From positions 1 through 41,789 of the forward strand of contig RFYG01000002.1 of NCBI GenBank assembly GCA_009925685.1: a DNA stretch of 41,789 bases, given 5' to 3'. The translations under genes were made by a program, and so were the position numbers. Under the pieces are notes generated by a model. It saw only the letters and a program-made list of their open reading frames with translations, made no database searches and was not told the DNA's origin. This DNA is from Pseudomonadota bacterium (lineage in GTDB: Bacteria; Pseudomonadota; Alphaproteobacteria; Rickettsiales; UBA1997). How positions within the stretch are numbered: position 1 is the stretch's first letter; every line of letters starts with the position of its first letter. Shown here piece after piece: positions 1 to 9,354 of this stretch.

Positions 1-105
1 ATGATTGGTGTTGCCGCTGGTATTGCCGCGATGTTCGGAGCCCCATCAATTGTTGCCGCTATTTCTGGTGAAAATACACAAATGAATTGCGGATCCACAT
101 TGTAA
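1..105 (+). CDS. 3' end of an unidentified CDS entering from upstream of the window (tail ...GVAAGIAAMFGAPSIVAAISGENTQMNCGSTL*)
   Basis: Frame 1 is open from base 1 to the TAA at 103-105. The tail is Gly/Ala-rich and hydrophobic. It is too short to assign and is absent from the ORF track because of its length. Confidence 0.3.
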   Translation: MIGVAAGIAAMFGAPSIVAAISGENTQMNCGSTL

Positions 106-129
106 TATTAAAATAGATTTACCTTATTT

Positions 130-417
130 ATGTCAAAAAAATGTGAGCTCCTAAATATAGGAGCAATGAGTGGTAACAAAGTCTCTCACTCAAATCGCAA
201 AACTAGAAGAAGATTTTTACCAAATCTAAAATCTATCTCATTGTTTAGCGAAGCTTTAGGGTCTAACGTCAACTTAAGAGTCGCAACTTCGACTCTTAGA
301 ACTATCAATAAATATGGAAATATTGATAATTTTTTAACTAACTACAGATTCAATAAGTTGACAGTTAAAGCTCAATCAATCAGATTAAAAATAAAAAATA
401 AACTTCAAGCAACTTAA
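130..417 (+). CDS. rpmB: 50S ribosomal protein L28
   Basis: The protein is 95 aa and very basic. The N-terminal pattern C-E-L-x-G-x(3)-GN-x-VSHSN-x-KT-x-RRF-x-PNL is the L28 signature. A strong terminator follows. Confidence 0.9.
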   Translation: MSKKCELLNIGAMSGNKVSHSNRKTRRRFLPNLKSISLFSEALGSNVNLRVATSTLRTINKYGNIDNFLTNYRFNKLTVKAQSIRLKIKNKLQAT

Positions 418-446
418 GTTTATCTCACAGATCCTTGATTTATCAT

Positions 447-481
447 AGCCCCCTTTATGTATAATAAAGGGGGCTTTTATT
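447..481 (+). terminator. Rho-independent terminator after rpmB
   Basis: A perfect 12-bp stem pairs agccccctttat (447-458) with ataaagggggct (464-475). The loop is 5 nt and the stem is followed by TTTATTT. Confidence 0.75.
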
Positions 482-653
482 TGGCAACGTTGCAAGCTAA
501 ATTTATAATCAATTCTAAACCCATCTAACCTACAATAAAGACCTTGAAATTGAACAATTTTTAAAATAAAATTCTTCGATAAAACTCGAATTTTTAAATT
601 CGAACAAGGCTCATTTTCAATATCTTACTCCTCTAAATTAATAAATAACTCAT

Positions 654-2060
654 ATGAATGAATATAACTTTGATACGGTCGTGATTGGTGGCGGACCGGG
701 TGGCTATGTGTGCGCAATTCGCCTAGCACAGCTTGGTCTAAAGACCGCTTGCATTGAAAAACATGTAAATCTTGGCGGAACTTGTTTAAATGTTGGATGC
801 ATTCCCTCTAAAGCAATGTTGGAGATATCGCATAAATTTCATGATGCCGGCCATCAATTTGAAAAACTTGGTATTGGTATTTCAAAACCCAAAATTGATA
901 CTAAAAAACTAATTCAAAATAAGAATGAAATTATCAACGGTTTGACTTCTGGAATTGCTGGTTTGTTTAAAAAAAATAAAGTTCAAAACATCCGTGGGAT
1001 GGCAAAATTTATTGATAAAAACACTGTTAAAATAAACCTGGCCGACGGCTCTATACAAAAAATTACCGCTAAAAATTTTGTTATCGCGACCGGTTCTGAA
1101 GTTGCAAAACTTCCTAACGTTGAAATAGATGAAAAAATTATCGTCTCATCAACCGGAGCTCTTGAGCTTGAATCAGTCCCTCAAAAAATGATTGTGATTG
1201 GGGCAGGCGTCATAGGTCTTGAACTTGGTTCGGTTTGGTCAAGATTTGGGTCCGAGGTTGAAGTTATCGAATATCTTGACCGCATTACTCCAACAATGGA
1301 TGAGGAGATCTCTAAAAATTTTCAACGCATTCTCGAAAAACAAGGGTTAAAATTTCGATTATCAACCAAAGTTATCTCGGTTAAAAAAGATAAAAAAACA
1401 GCAATTGTTGAGATAGAATCGGTAAATGGTGATAAAAAGGAAAAAATCGAAGCCGATGTTGTCTTGGTTGCCATTGGAAGAAAGCCCCACACTGAAAATC
1501 TTGGCCTTGAAAACATTGGGGTTAAAATCAACTCTCGTGGCTTTATCGAAAATCATCATTTAAAAACTAATATCGACAACATTTATGCCATTGGTGATGT
1601 CACAACCGGTCCAATGCTGGCTCATAAAGCTGAAGATGAAGGCATTGCAGTTGCCGAAATGATCGCTGGTCAGGCCGGTCACGTCAATTATGATGTAATT
1701 CCGAATGTTATTTATACTTACCCAGAAGTTGCCTCTGTTGGAAAAACAGAACAAGAGCTTAAGGCGCAAAACATTAATTATAAAATTGGTAAATTCCAAA
1801 TGATGGCTAATTCTAGGGCACGCGCCACTTTTGACGAGCAAGGTTTTGTTAAAATTCTATCGTGCGCCAAAACCGATAAAATCCTCGGAGCCCATATTAT
1901 CGGGCGCGAAGCGGGTAACACAATTCACGAAATTGTTGTTGCTATGGAATTTGGCGGAAGTGCCGAAGATATTGCTCGCACTTGCCATGCTCACCCGACC
2001 TACAACGAAGCTGTTAAAGAAGCTTGTTTAGCAGTCGATAAAAGAGCAATTCACTCTTAA
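654..2060 (+). CDS. lpdA: Dihydrolipoyl dehydrogenase (E3 component)
   Basis: The protein is 468 aa. It has the N-terminal FAD fold GGGPGGY, the redox-active disulfide motif [13 protein letters not shown] and the C-terminal HAHPT dimerisation/active-site motif. Confidence 0.93.
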   Translation: MNEYNFDTVVIGGGPGGYVCAIRLAQLGLKTACIEKHVNLGGTCLNVGCIPSKAMLEISHKFHDAGHQFEKLGIGISKPKIDTKKLIQNKNEIINGLTSGIAGLFKKNKVQNIRGMAKFIDKNTVKINLADGSIQKITAKNFVIATGSEVAKLPNVEIDEKIIVSSTGALELESVPQKMIVIGAGVIGLELGSVWSRFGSEVEVIEYLDRITPTMDEEISKNFQRILEKQGLKFRLSTKVISVKKDKKTAIVEIESVNGDKKEKIEADVVLVAIGRKPHTENLGLENIGVKINSRGFIENHHLKTNIDNIYAIGDVTTGPMLAHKAEDEGIAVAEMIAGQAGHVNYDVIPNVIYTYPEVASVGKTEQELKAQNINYKIGKFQMMANSRARATFDEQGFVKILSCAKTDKILGAHIIGREAGNTIHEIVVAMEFGGSAEDIARTCHAHPTYNEAVKEACLAVDKRAIHS

Positions 2061-2093
2061 TCGCATTTTAGCGTTAAACTCGGTGCAATCAAA

Positions 2094-2131
2094 ATGGAGT
2101 ATTAAATTATATTTTAATACTCCATTTTTTT
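2094..2131 (+). terminator. Rho-independent terminator after lpdA, between convergent genes
   Basis: A 13-bp stem pairs atggagtattaaa (2094-2106) with tttaatactccat (2113-2125). The loop is 6 nt and six T follow. Four A precede the stem, so it could be weakly bidirectional. Confidence 0.7.
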
Positions 2132-2260
2132 ACAAATAGTTCTTGATATCCTGATATTCTTTCGAATTTAAAACTCTATCAAACACCTTAAGACTTGCGA
2201 ATACGGCCTTCAGAATTTTTAGAAATTTTTGCCATAATTAATCATGAATTCTCTTAAAAA

Positions 2261-3010
2261 CTAAAACTCTTGGTTGGCAAGCTCTAGGTTTTCTGGCGTT
2301 CCGATATGAAAATATTTTCCGCCCAATTCAACGCCATTAATTCGGTTTAAAATGAAATTTTTTCCAACGGAATTTTTATAAAACTGCGAAACCGAAAAAC
2401 ATTTTGGAAGCTGGTGTAATGCCTTTGTTGAAGCAATAATTTGCGGATTAAGAATTTGCATCCCAACATAAACAAAAGGCCTATTGATTTGCAAATTTTG
2501 CGATGAAAAATCTCGAACCAAAACTTCATTTTCGATTAAATCAAAATCCCCGCAACCATCATAACCCTTGAATTCCGGGGTTTTTTTCAATCCCAACAAA
2601 AAATCATGCTTGGTTGAATTAAATTTACTAAAAAGATACTCCATATCTGAAATTTCAGCTTTATCGCGCCACAAAACATCGCCGTTAAGCGTTAATAATG
2701 GTTGATTCACATCAATTTTATCAAGCGCAAAAAATAAACCACCGCCGGTTTCAATTTTTTCAGATTCATGCGAAACTATGATTCTTGGATCGTTCACCGA
2801 CTTGACGAAATCAATAATTTCGTCGGCAAGATAAAAAGCATTGATTAAAATTTTTTGCACCGATGAAATTTTTTGCACCTTATCCAAAATATGACCAAGA
2901 ATAGCCCTGTTTTGAACTTTAAGCAATGGCTTGGGGGTTGATTGAGTCAATGGCATCATTCTTTCGCCACGTCCCGCACAAAATATGAAAACTTGCGTGA
3001 TATTATTCAT
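2261..3010 (-). CDS. Sugar-1-phosphate nucleotidyltransferase family protein (MurU / mannose-1-P guanylyltransferase-like)
   Basis: The protein is 249 aa. The N-terminal motif AGRGERMxPLTxxxPKPLL is the NTP-transferase signature. The substrate cannot be told from the sequence alone. Confidence 0.7.
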   Translation of the reverse strand: MNNITQVFIFCAGRGERMMPLTQSTPKPLLKVQNRAILGHILDKVQKISSVQKILINAFYLADEIIDFVKSVNDPRIIVSHESEKIETGGGLFFALDKIDVNQPLLTLNGDVLWRDKAEISDMEYLFSKFNSTKHDFLLGLKKTPEFKGYDGCGDFDLIENEVLVRDFSSQNLQINRPFVYVGMQILNPQIIASTKALHQLPKCFSVSQFYKNSVGKNFILNRINGVELGGKYFHIGTPENLELANQEF

Positions 3011-3012
3011 AA

Positions 3013-4845
3013 CTATTTTTTAATTGAAAAAAGTTGTTGAGCGCTTGCGTTCTCAATTTGATAAGTCAAAACCCCGCCTGATTGAGCCGTCCATAGTCTT
3101 TTATAATAACCGTTTAGATCGAGCAATTCTTCGTGAGATCCATCTTCAACAATTTTACCTTTATCAAAAACCAAAATTCTGTCCATCATTTGAAGAGTTG
3201 ATAAGCGGTGCGCGATTACCAGAGTAGTTTTACTCTCCATCAAGTTCTTCAAACTTTGTTGAATCATGTTTTCAGTAACCGAGTCGAGCTGACTAGTGGC
3301 TTCATCCAAAACCAAGATTGGAGCATTTTTAAAGAATGCTCGAGCAATTGCAATTCTTTGTCGTTGACCTCCCGACAACTTAACGCCCCTCTCACCAACT
3401 TGCGAATAATAACCCTCGGGCATCATAGAAATAAATTTATGTGCCGAAGCTTTGACGGCCGAATCAACAACGCGAATCATTAGTTCTTCTTTGGATATTG
3501 GGCTTTTATTGCCATAAGAAATATTCTCAATTAAGTTGCGATGGAACAAAATAGCCTCTTGCGGAATTACGCCTATTTTATCGTGAAGCGAATCTTGAGA
3601 AACTTTAGCGATATCTTGACCATCAATCAAAATTTTACCCTCTTGGACATCATAAAAACGAAGTAATAAATTAATGAAAGTTGATTTACCGCTACCAGAA
3701 TGACCAACTAAGCCGACTTTTTGTCCGGCCTTGATGGTCAACGATTTATCGCTAAAAAGTGGACTATTTTGATGATATGAAAATTTGACGTTGTCATAAA
3801 TTATTTCACCTTTAGAAATTTGAATTTTTTGTTTGGAATCTTTAATTTCGGATGTTTTTGCGACCACGTCTAGAGCTTCTTTGACAACGCTAAATTCTTC
3901 TAAAAAATTACGAATTTGTTTCATAAAATCTTGAATGATGTTGTGCAAAAAATTATTGATGCCAAAAATTAAAATAAAATCGCCAACCGTCACTGCGCGC
4001 CTTGAGTATAGCCAAACCAACATCGCAAAACATAAAATAAAATAACTAGAAGAAATGAGGCTCAAAAAAGTATAATGTTTATTAAGGTAAAGACCGCGCT
4101 TTGAATAAAGTTCGCTAAATCTTTTTTGAAATTTATCAACTCGATTCAACTCCGTCTCGGCGCTAGAAAATAATTTTATGTTTTGAATATTGGCAAAAAT
4201 ATCAACAATATTGCCCATAATTCGACTTTGTTGATTAGCAACATTCATCGAAAGTCGATTGGTAAGGAGAGCAGAGCGGTAAGCAATTGGAATAATAATC
4301 ACAATCCAAATCAACAAAGCAAAAGCGAAGAAAAAATTTATGGTGCTTAAAGTTATAAAGGCGAACAAAACCGCCAAAGCGCCCCCAAAAAAATTGTATA
4401 AAAAAATTTCTATAATTTTTGGTGTGGAATTAAATAGGTCTCTGACCTTATTTACCAAAGATCCAGAGAAATTATTTTGAAAAAAAATATGCGATTGCGC
4501 TAAAAGTTTTTTGATTGAATCATGAGTAATTTGACGGCGCAATTTTGGCAAAAAAATCGCCCACACATAATCTGAAATTCTGACCAAAATGCTTGGCATC
4601 ACAATTAGAACCGCCAATAAAATCATGATATATTTTGTTGCAGAAAAAAGATTTTGTGGGTCTGAAATTATAATTTGATTGAGAAGAATCTTAGAAACCA
4701 AGGGCATCAAAGAAATATTGATGGCGCTAAATATGATAACCACAACATGCGCACAAAGCAGTAACTTAAAAGGCGAGACCGATTGCGCGAGAAATTTATA
4801 AATTTTTTTATTGTTAATCATTAAAAAGGTTTTTGATTGGGCCAT
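3013..4845 (-). CDS. ABC exporter, fused permease and ATPase (MsbA / multidrug-type half transporter)
   Basis: The protein is 610 aa with an N-terminal six-TM-like hydrophobic half. It has Walker A GHSGSGKST, the ABC signature LSGGQRQRIAIARA and Walker B ILVLDEATS. Confidence 0.85.
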   Translation of the reverse strand: MAQSKTFLMINNKKIYKFLAQSVSPFKLLLCAHVVVIIFSAINISLMPLVSKILLNQIIISDPQNLFSATKYIMILLAVLIVMPSILVRISDYVWAIFLPKLRRQITHDSIKKLLAQSHIFFQNNFSGSLVNKVRDLFNSTPKIIEIFLYNFFGGALAVLFAFITLSTINFFFAFALLIWIVIIIPIAYRSALLTNRLSMNVANQQSRIMGNIVDIFANIQNIKLFSSAETELNRVDKFQKRFSELYSKRGLYLNKHYTFLSLISSSYFILCFAMLVWLYSRRAVTVGDFILIFGINNFLHNIIQDFMKQIRNFLEEFSVVKEALDVVAKTSEIKDSKQKIQISKGEIIYDNVKFSYHQNSPLFSDKSLTIKAGQKVGLVGHSGSGKSTFINLLLRFYDVQEGKILIDGQDIAKVSQDSLHDKIGVIPQEAILFHRNLIENISYGNKSPISKEELMIRVVDSAVKASAHKFISMMPEGYYSQVGERGVKLSGGQRQRIAIARAFFKNAPILVLDEATSQLDSVTENMIQQSLKNLMESKTTLVIAHRLSTLQMMDRILVFDKGKIVEDGSHEELLDLNGYYKRLWTAQSGGVLTYQIENASAQQLFSIKK

Positions 4846-4942
4846 GAGTTTAATTTGCTAAAATTTGGTTTTATTAACAAATTAAGAATTATTTTTTTAT
4901 TTAAAATCAATAATTTTTATTAAACTCTAAACTTGTAATTTA

Positions 4943-5839
4943 TTACAAAAAGTCAAGGCCGATATCAATATTTTGACAAGAATTTGTTAGTGAGCCAATT
5001 GAAATAAAATCAATATCCAAAGTCGAATATTTCTCAATATTTTCTATGTTAATTCCACCCGAAACTTCTATTAAAGTTTGAGGCGAATTTTTACGGATTA
5101 GCTCGATTGATTCTTCAATTTCGGCGATCTCCATATTATCAAGCATGATGATATTTGGCTTAAATTTAAGCACTTGCCCAACTTGAATAAGATTGTCGCA
5201 CTCAATTTCAATTTTTTGCTCTAATGCCAGATTACATACTTTTTGCATGGCATTTTCAACGCCTTTGCAAGCGTTAATATGATTATCTTTGATCAAGATT
5301 AGATCAGCTAAACTAAAGCGATGATTGTATCCGCCACCGCACAAAACGCCGTATTTTTGAAGTTCGCGCAAATTAGGCAAGGTTTTGCGAGTATCAAGAA
5401 TTTTGATGCGCGGGTTATTGAGTTTTTTGACAAATTTATGCGTAGTTGTGGCAATGGCACTAAGATGCTGAACAAGGTTTAATATCAACCTTTCTGCCAC
5501 CAAAACTAATTTGTCGCTTCCGTGGCCTTCAACAATATTTTGCGACTTTTTTACGATTTCACCATCATCAACCAAAAAATTATATTTGATTTCGCAATCT
5601 GCAAATTTTTTGGATTTTTTTAATTGTAAAAAAACTTCCTCAACAATTTTTTTGCCACAAAAGACCAAATCTTGACGAGCATTAATTTGAAAAGCGCATA
5701 TCGAAAATTCATCGATTGTTAAATCAGAAGTTATGTCATTAAAAGCATTATCTTCGATCAAAGCCATTTGAATTATCAACGGCAAAGTTTGAAAAGGTTG
5801 GCGATTTGAAGAAATGAAAGGAGAGTTATATTTGATCAT
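4943..5839 (-). CDS. nadC: Nicotinate-nucleotide pyrophosphorylase (carboxylating), quinolinate phosphoribosyltransferase
   Basis: The protein is 298 aa. The core ILDTRKTxPxLRxLxKYGVxCGGGxNHRFxLxDxxLIKDNHI is typical of NadC. Confidence 0.85.
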   Translation of the reverse strand: MIKYNSPFISSNRQPFQTLPLIIQMALIEDNAFNDITSDLTIDEFSICAFQINARQDLVFCGKKIVEEVFLQLKKSKKFADCEIKYNFLVDDGEIVKKSQNIVEGHGSDKLVLVAERLILNLVQHLSAIATTTHKFVKKLNNPRIKILDTRKTLPNLRELQKYGVLCGGGYNHRFSLADLILIKDNHINACKGVENAMQKVCNLALEQKIEIECDNLIQVGQVLKFKPNIIMLDNMEIAEIEESIELIRKNSPQTLIEVSGGINIENIEKYSTLDIDFISIGSLTNSCQNIDIGLDFL

Positions 5840-5940
5840 AAAATATATTCAAAAGGCCTAAATTATTCTGTGAATTCATAATAATTATTAAAAATTAACT
5901 TTTCACAATATCAACAAAATCAATGGCTTAATTCAAAAAA

Positions 5941-6705
5941 TTATGATTTTTTTGAATAACATTCGGCGGGATTAAAATTTTGCTTTTTGAGCTTGGAAAG
6001 GCGCTCATTAATGAAGTGACGCATAAAATTCATTTCTTCAACCGAAATTTGCCTTTTACCGCTCTCACTTTCATCGATAAGATTTTTTATAACCTTGAAA
6101 GCCATGCATGAATCACCTTTTTTTTCACCAATAAAAGCCGGCATTTGCCTAGTCCAAAGTGGCGCTTCTTTGGCATTATTTTGCGCTAATTTTTGTGCGA
6201 AATACAAAGATTTATCGAGGTCGTTCAGATCTTTTTTGGCAATAAAAGTCGCTTGAAAAAGCCACCACCAATTTTTATCAATATCGCGTGAAGAGTGCTC
6301 GTCAAGATATTGTAAAACATATTTTAAATCGCCTTTGTTTTGAGTTTGAGTATAATAGTAACTAGCTAATGAAGGAATTAATCGCGAATCTGCGTTTAGT
6401 TTGTCTAAAGTCGACATCCAATCATAAACTCGCGAATAATCATATTTATCCAAACTAACGAAACCCGCAAAAATATCGCCCGAATTTTGTAATCTGAGCG
6501 CTAAGGTTCTAAATATGAACTCATTATCCCCAAAAGATGAGGCTTTTATGAGATGATTTGAAGGGGCGGGGGGGACTATTTCGTCAACTAATCTATATTT
6601 TTCGGTTGATTTCCAAAAAAAAATCTGCGCAACAAAAACTGCAACAAACAACCAAAAAAAAATTTTATGTGAGTATATGTAAAAAAATAATTTGAAATTC
6701 TTCAC
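5941..6705 (-). CDS. Hypothetical membrane-anchored protein, last gene of the secretin operon
   Basis: The protein is 254 aa with a single N-terminal hydrophobic helix (IFFWLFVAVFVAQIFFW) followed by a soluble, probably helical domain. I recognise no family signature. Its start lies 14 nt downstream of the stop of the preceding gene. Confidence 0.6.
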   Translation of the reverse strand: MKNFKLFFYIYSHKIFFWLFVAVFVAQIFFWKSTEKYRLVDEIVPPAPSNHLIKASSFGDNEFIFRTLALRLQNSGDIFAGFVSLDKYDYSRVYDWMSTLDKLNADSRLIPSLASYYYTQTQNKGDLKYVLQYLDEHSSRDIDKNWWWLFQATFIAKKDLNDLDKSLYFAQKLAQNNAKEAPLWTRQMPAFIGEKKGDSCMAFKVIKNLIDESESGKRQISVEEMNFMRHFINERLSKLKKQNFNPAECYSKKS

Positions 6706-6719
6706 CGCGTAAACAAAAC

Positions 6720-7481
6720 CTAAAATTGCTTTTTCTTAAAATCATGAAATGCCATAAAAATCATTAATGGCAAATATATGGTGGATTGAAAAAAAATGAC
6801 CCACAAAACCATGTCGTCTTTTACGCCGTAGATTGGCCAAGAGCTCTGAGAAAAAAGGTCAAGCCTTGGAAAAATCACCGATAAAATTTTTAAAGCCATG
6901 CCCAACTCTCCATGTTTTACAGTGGTTAGTTCATCAGTAAAATCAATCGTCATAACAAACATGCCCATCAAACGAGAGATGGCGTAGAATCCAAAGGAGG
7001 CCAAAATTGCTGAGAAAGAATTTTTAAGTATCAACGAACTAAGAAGAGCAAAAGATATTACTATTAGATTTTCAGAAAGGGTGGTTAAAAACCAGTATAA
7101 GGCTCCGGTTTTGTCAACTTTGAAAACCAGCAAAACCGCTGAAATTATGGGCAACAAAATTAATAAATTTGCAATAAAGAAACCCAATAAATAGCCAAGA
7201 ATAAATTGTTCGCGTGAAATTGGTTTTGATAAAATAAATTCGATTTCTTTGTTATCAAAAGCGCGGGCAACATTGATGCAAACGAATAAAATCATACCTA
7301 ACGATAAAATTGTTCGCGAAGTGCCTAGGGTGTATGCTATTGATGATTGATTTTGCTCAACCATCATGGTCGAGCCCAGAAAAATCGATACTGCGAAGGC
7401 TAAAGCAATAAAAATTAGCAAGCCCAGATAGAGACGGTCTCTAAGACCGTTTTTGAGGATATACTTTAGAATGGGATTCAT
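6720..7481 (-). CDS. Polytopic inner-membrane protein, ABC-2 / NosY-like permease (tentative)
   Basis: The protein is 253 aa with about six hydrophobic segments. The stretch EIEFILSKPISREQFILGYLLG resembles the E-x-G-T-x-E-x-LLS-x-P-x-SR loop of ABC-2 permeases. No ATPase gene is adjacent. Confidence 0.55.
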   Translation of the reverse strand: MNPILKYILKNGLRDRLYLGLLIFIALAFAVSIFLGSTMMVEQNQSSIAYTLGTSRTILSLGMILFVCINVARAFDNKEIEFILSKPISREQFILGYLLGFFIANLLILLPIISAVLLVFKVDKTGALYWFLTTLSENLIVISFALLSSLILKNSFSAILASFGFYAISRLMGMFVMTIDFTDELTTVKHGELGMALKILSVIFPRLDLFSQSSWPIYGVKDDMVLWVIFFQSTIYLPLMIFMAFHDFKKKQF

Positions 7482-7483
7482 AG

Positions 7484-9091
7484 TTAAAAATAGTTTCGGC
7501 GATTGACATCATATTTTTCTTCAAGCTCGCGATCAACCTTATTAGCGCGCGTTCCGCTATTGATAATTGTGGCTTTAATAAAAATAACCGTTTCACTAAC
7601 TTCGAGTTTTTTGTACATCGCTTTAAATAACCAACCCAGAATTGGCACATTTCTTAAAAAAGGCACGCCAGCGCTTTCGCTATCGGATGTATTTGTCATC
7701 AAACCACCCAAAACAATTACATTTCCGGAGGCGACTTTAACTGCGGTGTTTAACTCTCTTGTATTTATAATCGGAACTTCATTTTGATACTTAAATTTAG
7801 AGTCATATCCAGTGGTTGGGTCTATAACGGAACCAGTATTGTTGGTAATTTTTGGCTGAATATTCATTGTAATTTCACCAGTTTTTAAATTAATCGAAGG
7901 CGTAATTTCAATTTGCGTACCAACATCTTCTTCTTGTTTAGTTGAGGTAACGGTTCCTAAAACAGTTGAAGCTGTTCCTCCGGTTGTTGACCCTTGGGCA
8001 CTTTGCTGAGCTTCCACCTTAAAATACACCAATTTGTTGGTAAAATTTAATGAGGCTTTTTGATTATTCATGGCATGCAATCTTGGGTTTTGAATAGTTT
8101 TGGTGACCCCAAACTTTGACATGGCATTGACGGCAACATTTATATCTCCCCCAAATATTTTAATATTTTGAAGAATTGGAGCTATTGTCCCAGTCGATGA
8201 AGATGATGCCGAAGAAGTGGATGTTGAAGAAGGGGAATTAGAAATATACGATTGGGAACCGTTTACACTGAAATTAATAAAGTCTTTTGACCAATCAATT
8301 CCGGCTCTAAATTCATCATTAAGTTTTACTTCAACAACCTTTGCTTCAATCAGAACTTGCGCTGAAGCTTGAGTGTTTACATCGGCGAGATATTTTTCAA
8401 TTGCACCATGTTGTCTTTGAGTGGCGTAAACAGTAAACATTCCAGCCGATTTATTAGAAGTAACGTTTGATTGAGAACTGCCTCCATCCGAAGGTTCGGA
8501 AGTAAAAATGTTTTCGATGTTAGTTTGAACCTCATCCCAAAGTGGAGAACCGTCGACATAATCAACAAAATAATTTTTCATGAAAGGCTTGTCGGTTTCA
8601 AAATATAAAACCTTGTTTTTGTAGGAATAGCGCAATTTTCCTTGAGTAGCAATCCTGTCAATAATTTCTTTGAATGGACGATTTTTGGCATTGATAATGA
8701 CCCCTCCAGAAATTTTTGGATCAACATCCACATCGATTTCGGCGATCCTTCCTAATTCGATCAAAACATCTCGCAAAGGAACTTGATCGGTTACATAAAA
8801 TGAGATTACTTTTTCACCGCCAATTTTTGGCGTCGGAACCGGAATAATTGATTTGTTAATTCGAGGTAACGGGGCTTCGGTTTTTTCAAGATCTTGTTTG
8901 TCTTTTTTATCTTTTTCCCTTGATCTAATTACTGTTTCTTTGATGTCTTTCTCGGTCATTCCAACTTCATCAAGGGTTGGATCGAGTCTTCCTTGAGAGC
9001 ATGAAAAAATTCCGACCAAAAATAGCATTGCGAAAAGCAATTTTATGCAATTAAAAAAATTGTTTTTGGGACTGTCTATTTGGGGACTCAC
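7484..9091 (-). CDS. Secretin family outer-membrane channel with a lipoprotein signal (MshL / PilN / BfpB-like)
   Basis: The protein is 535 aa. It has a signal peptide with the lipobox IFS-C (Cys31, codon 8999-9001). An N-domain (ISFYVTDQVPLRDVLIELGRIAEIDVDVDPKISGGVIINAKN) is followed by the secretin core (VLIEAKVVEVKLNDEFRAGIDWS) and the C-terminal hallmark GVPFLRNVPILGWLFK. Confidence 0.8.
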   Translation of the reverse strand: MSPQIDSPKNNFFNCIKLLFAMLFLVGIFSCSQGRLDPTLDEVGMTEKDIKETVIRSREKDKKDKQDLEKTEAPLPRINKSIIPVPTPKIGGEKVISFYVTDQVPLRDVLIELGRIAEIDVDVDPKISGGVIINAKNRPFKEIIDRIATQGKLRYSYKNKVLYFETDKPFMKNYFVDYVDGSPLWDEVQTNIENIFTSEPSDGGSSQSNVTSNKSAGMFTVYATQRQHGAIEKYLADVNTQASAQVLIEAKVVEVKLNDEFRAGIDWSKDFINFSVNGSQSYISNSPSSTSTSSASSSSTGTIAPILQNIKIFGGDINVAVNAMSKFGVTKTIQNPRLHAMNNQKASLNFTNKLVYFKVEAQQSAQGSTTGGTASTVLGTVTSTKQEEDVGTQIEITPSINLKTGEITMNIQPKITNNTGSVIDPTTGYDSKFKYQNEVPIINTRELNTAVKVASGNVIVLGGLMTNTSDSESAGVPFLRNVPILGWLFKAMYKKLEVSETVIFIKATIINSGTRANKVDRELEEKYDVNRRNYF

Positions 9092-9210
9092 TGGGTATGA
9101 ATTTATTAATAATTTGCAAATTTATTTCTGGTTCGATAAGTTATTTTGATTTTTTTGTTAAGCAAATTTTTTTTCAAAAAAATTGTATTAATTTTTTTAT
9201 TTTCTCAAAA

Positions 9211-9294
9211 AAATTTTGAAAACATTTTCCATAATTTCTTCTAGATATTCTTTAGAAAATTTTCAAAAAATTTCCCATAAATTTTCTAATAGAT
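9211..9294. repeat. Two imperfect tandem copies of a roughly 38-bp A/T-rich unit in the divergent secretin/nuoF control region
   Basis: Copy one is 9211-9246 (aaattttgaaaacattttccataatttcttctagat). Copy two is 9257-9294 (aaattttcaaaaaatttcccataaattttctaatagat). They are about 80 percent identical by eye with two 1-2 nt indels. Shorter ttttcaaaaaa motifs recur upstream. Confidence 0.5.
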
Positions 9295-9354
9295 TTGAGA
9301 AAATCCAATAAAACATAATTTTAATCTAAATTAATCTCCAAAGCTCCTTAAGAA

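Noticed and set aside
586-603. Short palindromes in intergenic DNA: tcgaattt-tt-aaattcga upstream of lpdA, gcaacgttgc (484-493) and ttgttatataacaa (24757-24770).
   Set aside because: In DNA this A/T-rich, 7-8 bp inverted repeats are expected by chance a few times over the intergenic total. None recurs elsewhere or sits at a defined promoter position.
1322-2031. Antisense and alternate-frame ORFs inside lpdA (1322-1531, 1362-1559, 1560-1841, 1831-2031). There are analogous shadow ORFs inside other strongly supported genes, for example 3024-3483, 7503-7787, 8377-8568, 9390-9597, 10044-10364, 11237-11539, 12332-12565, 12741-13715, 15181-15408, 15918-16202, 16349-17448, 18232-18543, 18821-19603, 19850-20122, 25249-25431, 25733-28111, 30310-30495, 32418-32708, 33243-33512, 34306-34789, 35973-36167, 37010-37294, 38537-39237, 39684-40103 and 40588-40797.
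   Set aside because: All lie within or opposite genes with unmistakable family signatures. They have biased low-complexity translations typical of AT-rich shadow frames and no start context.
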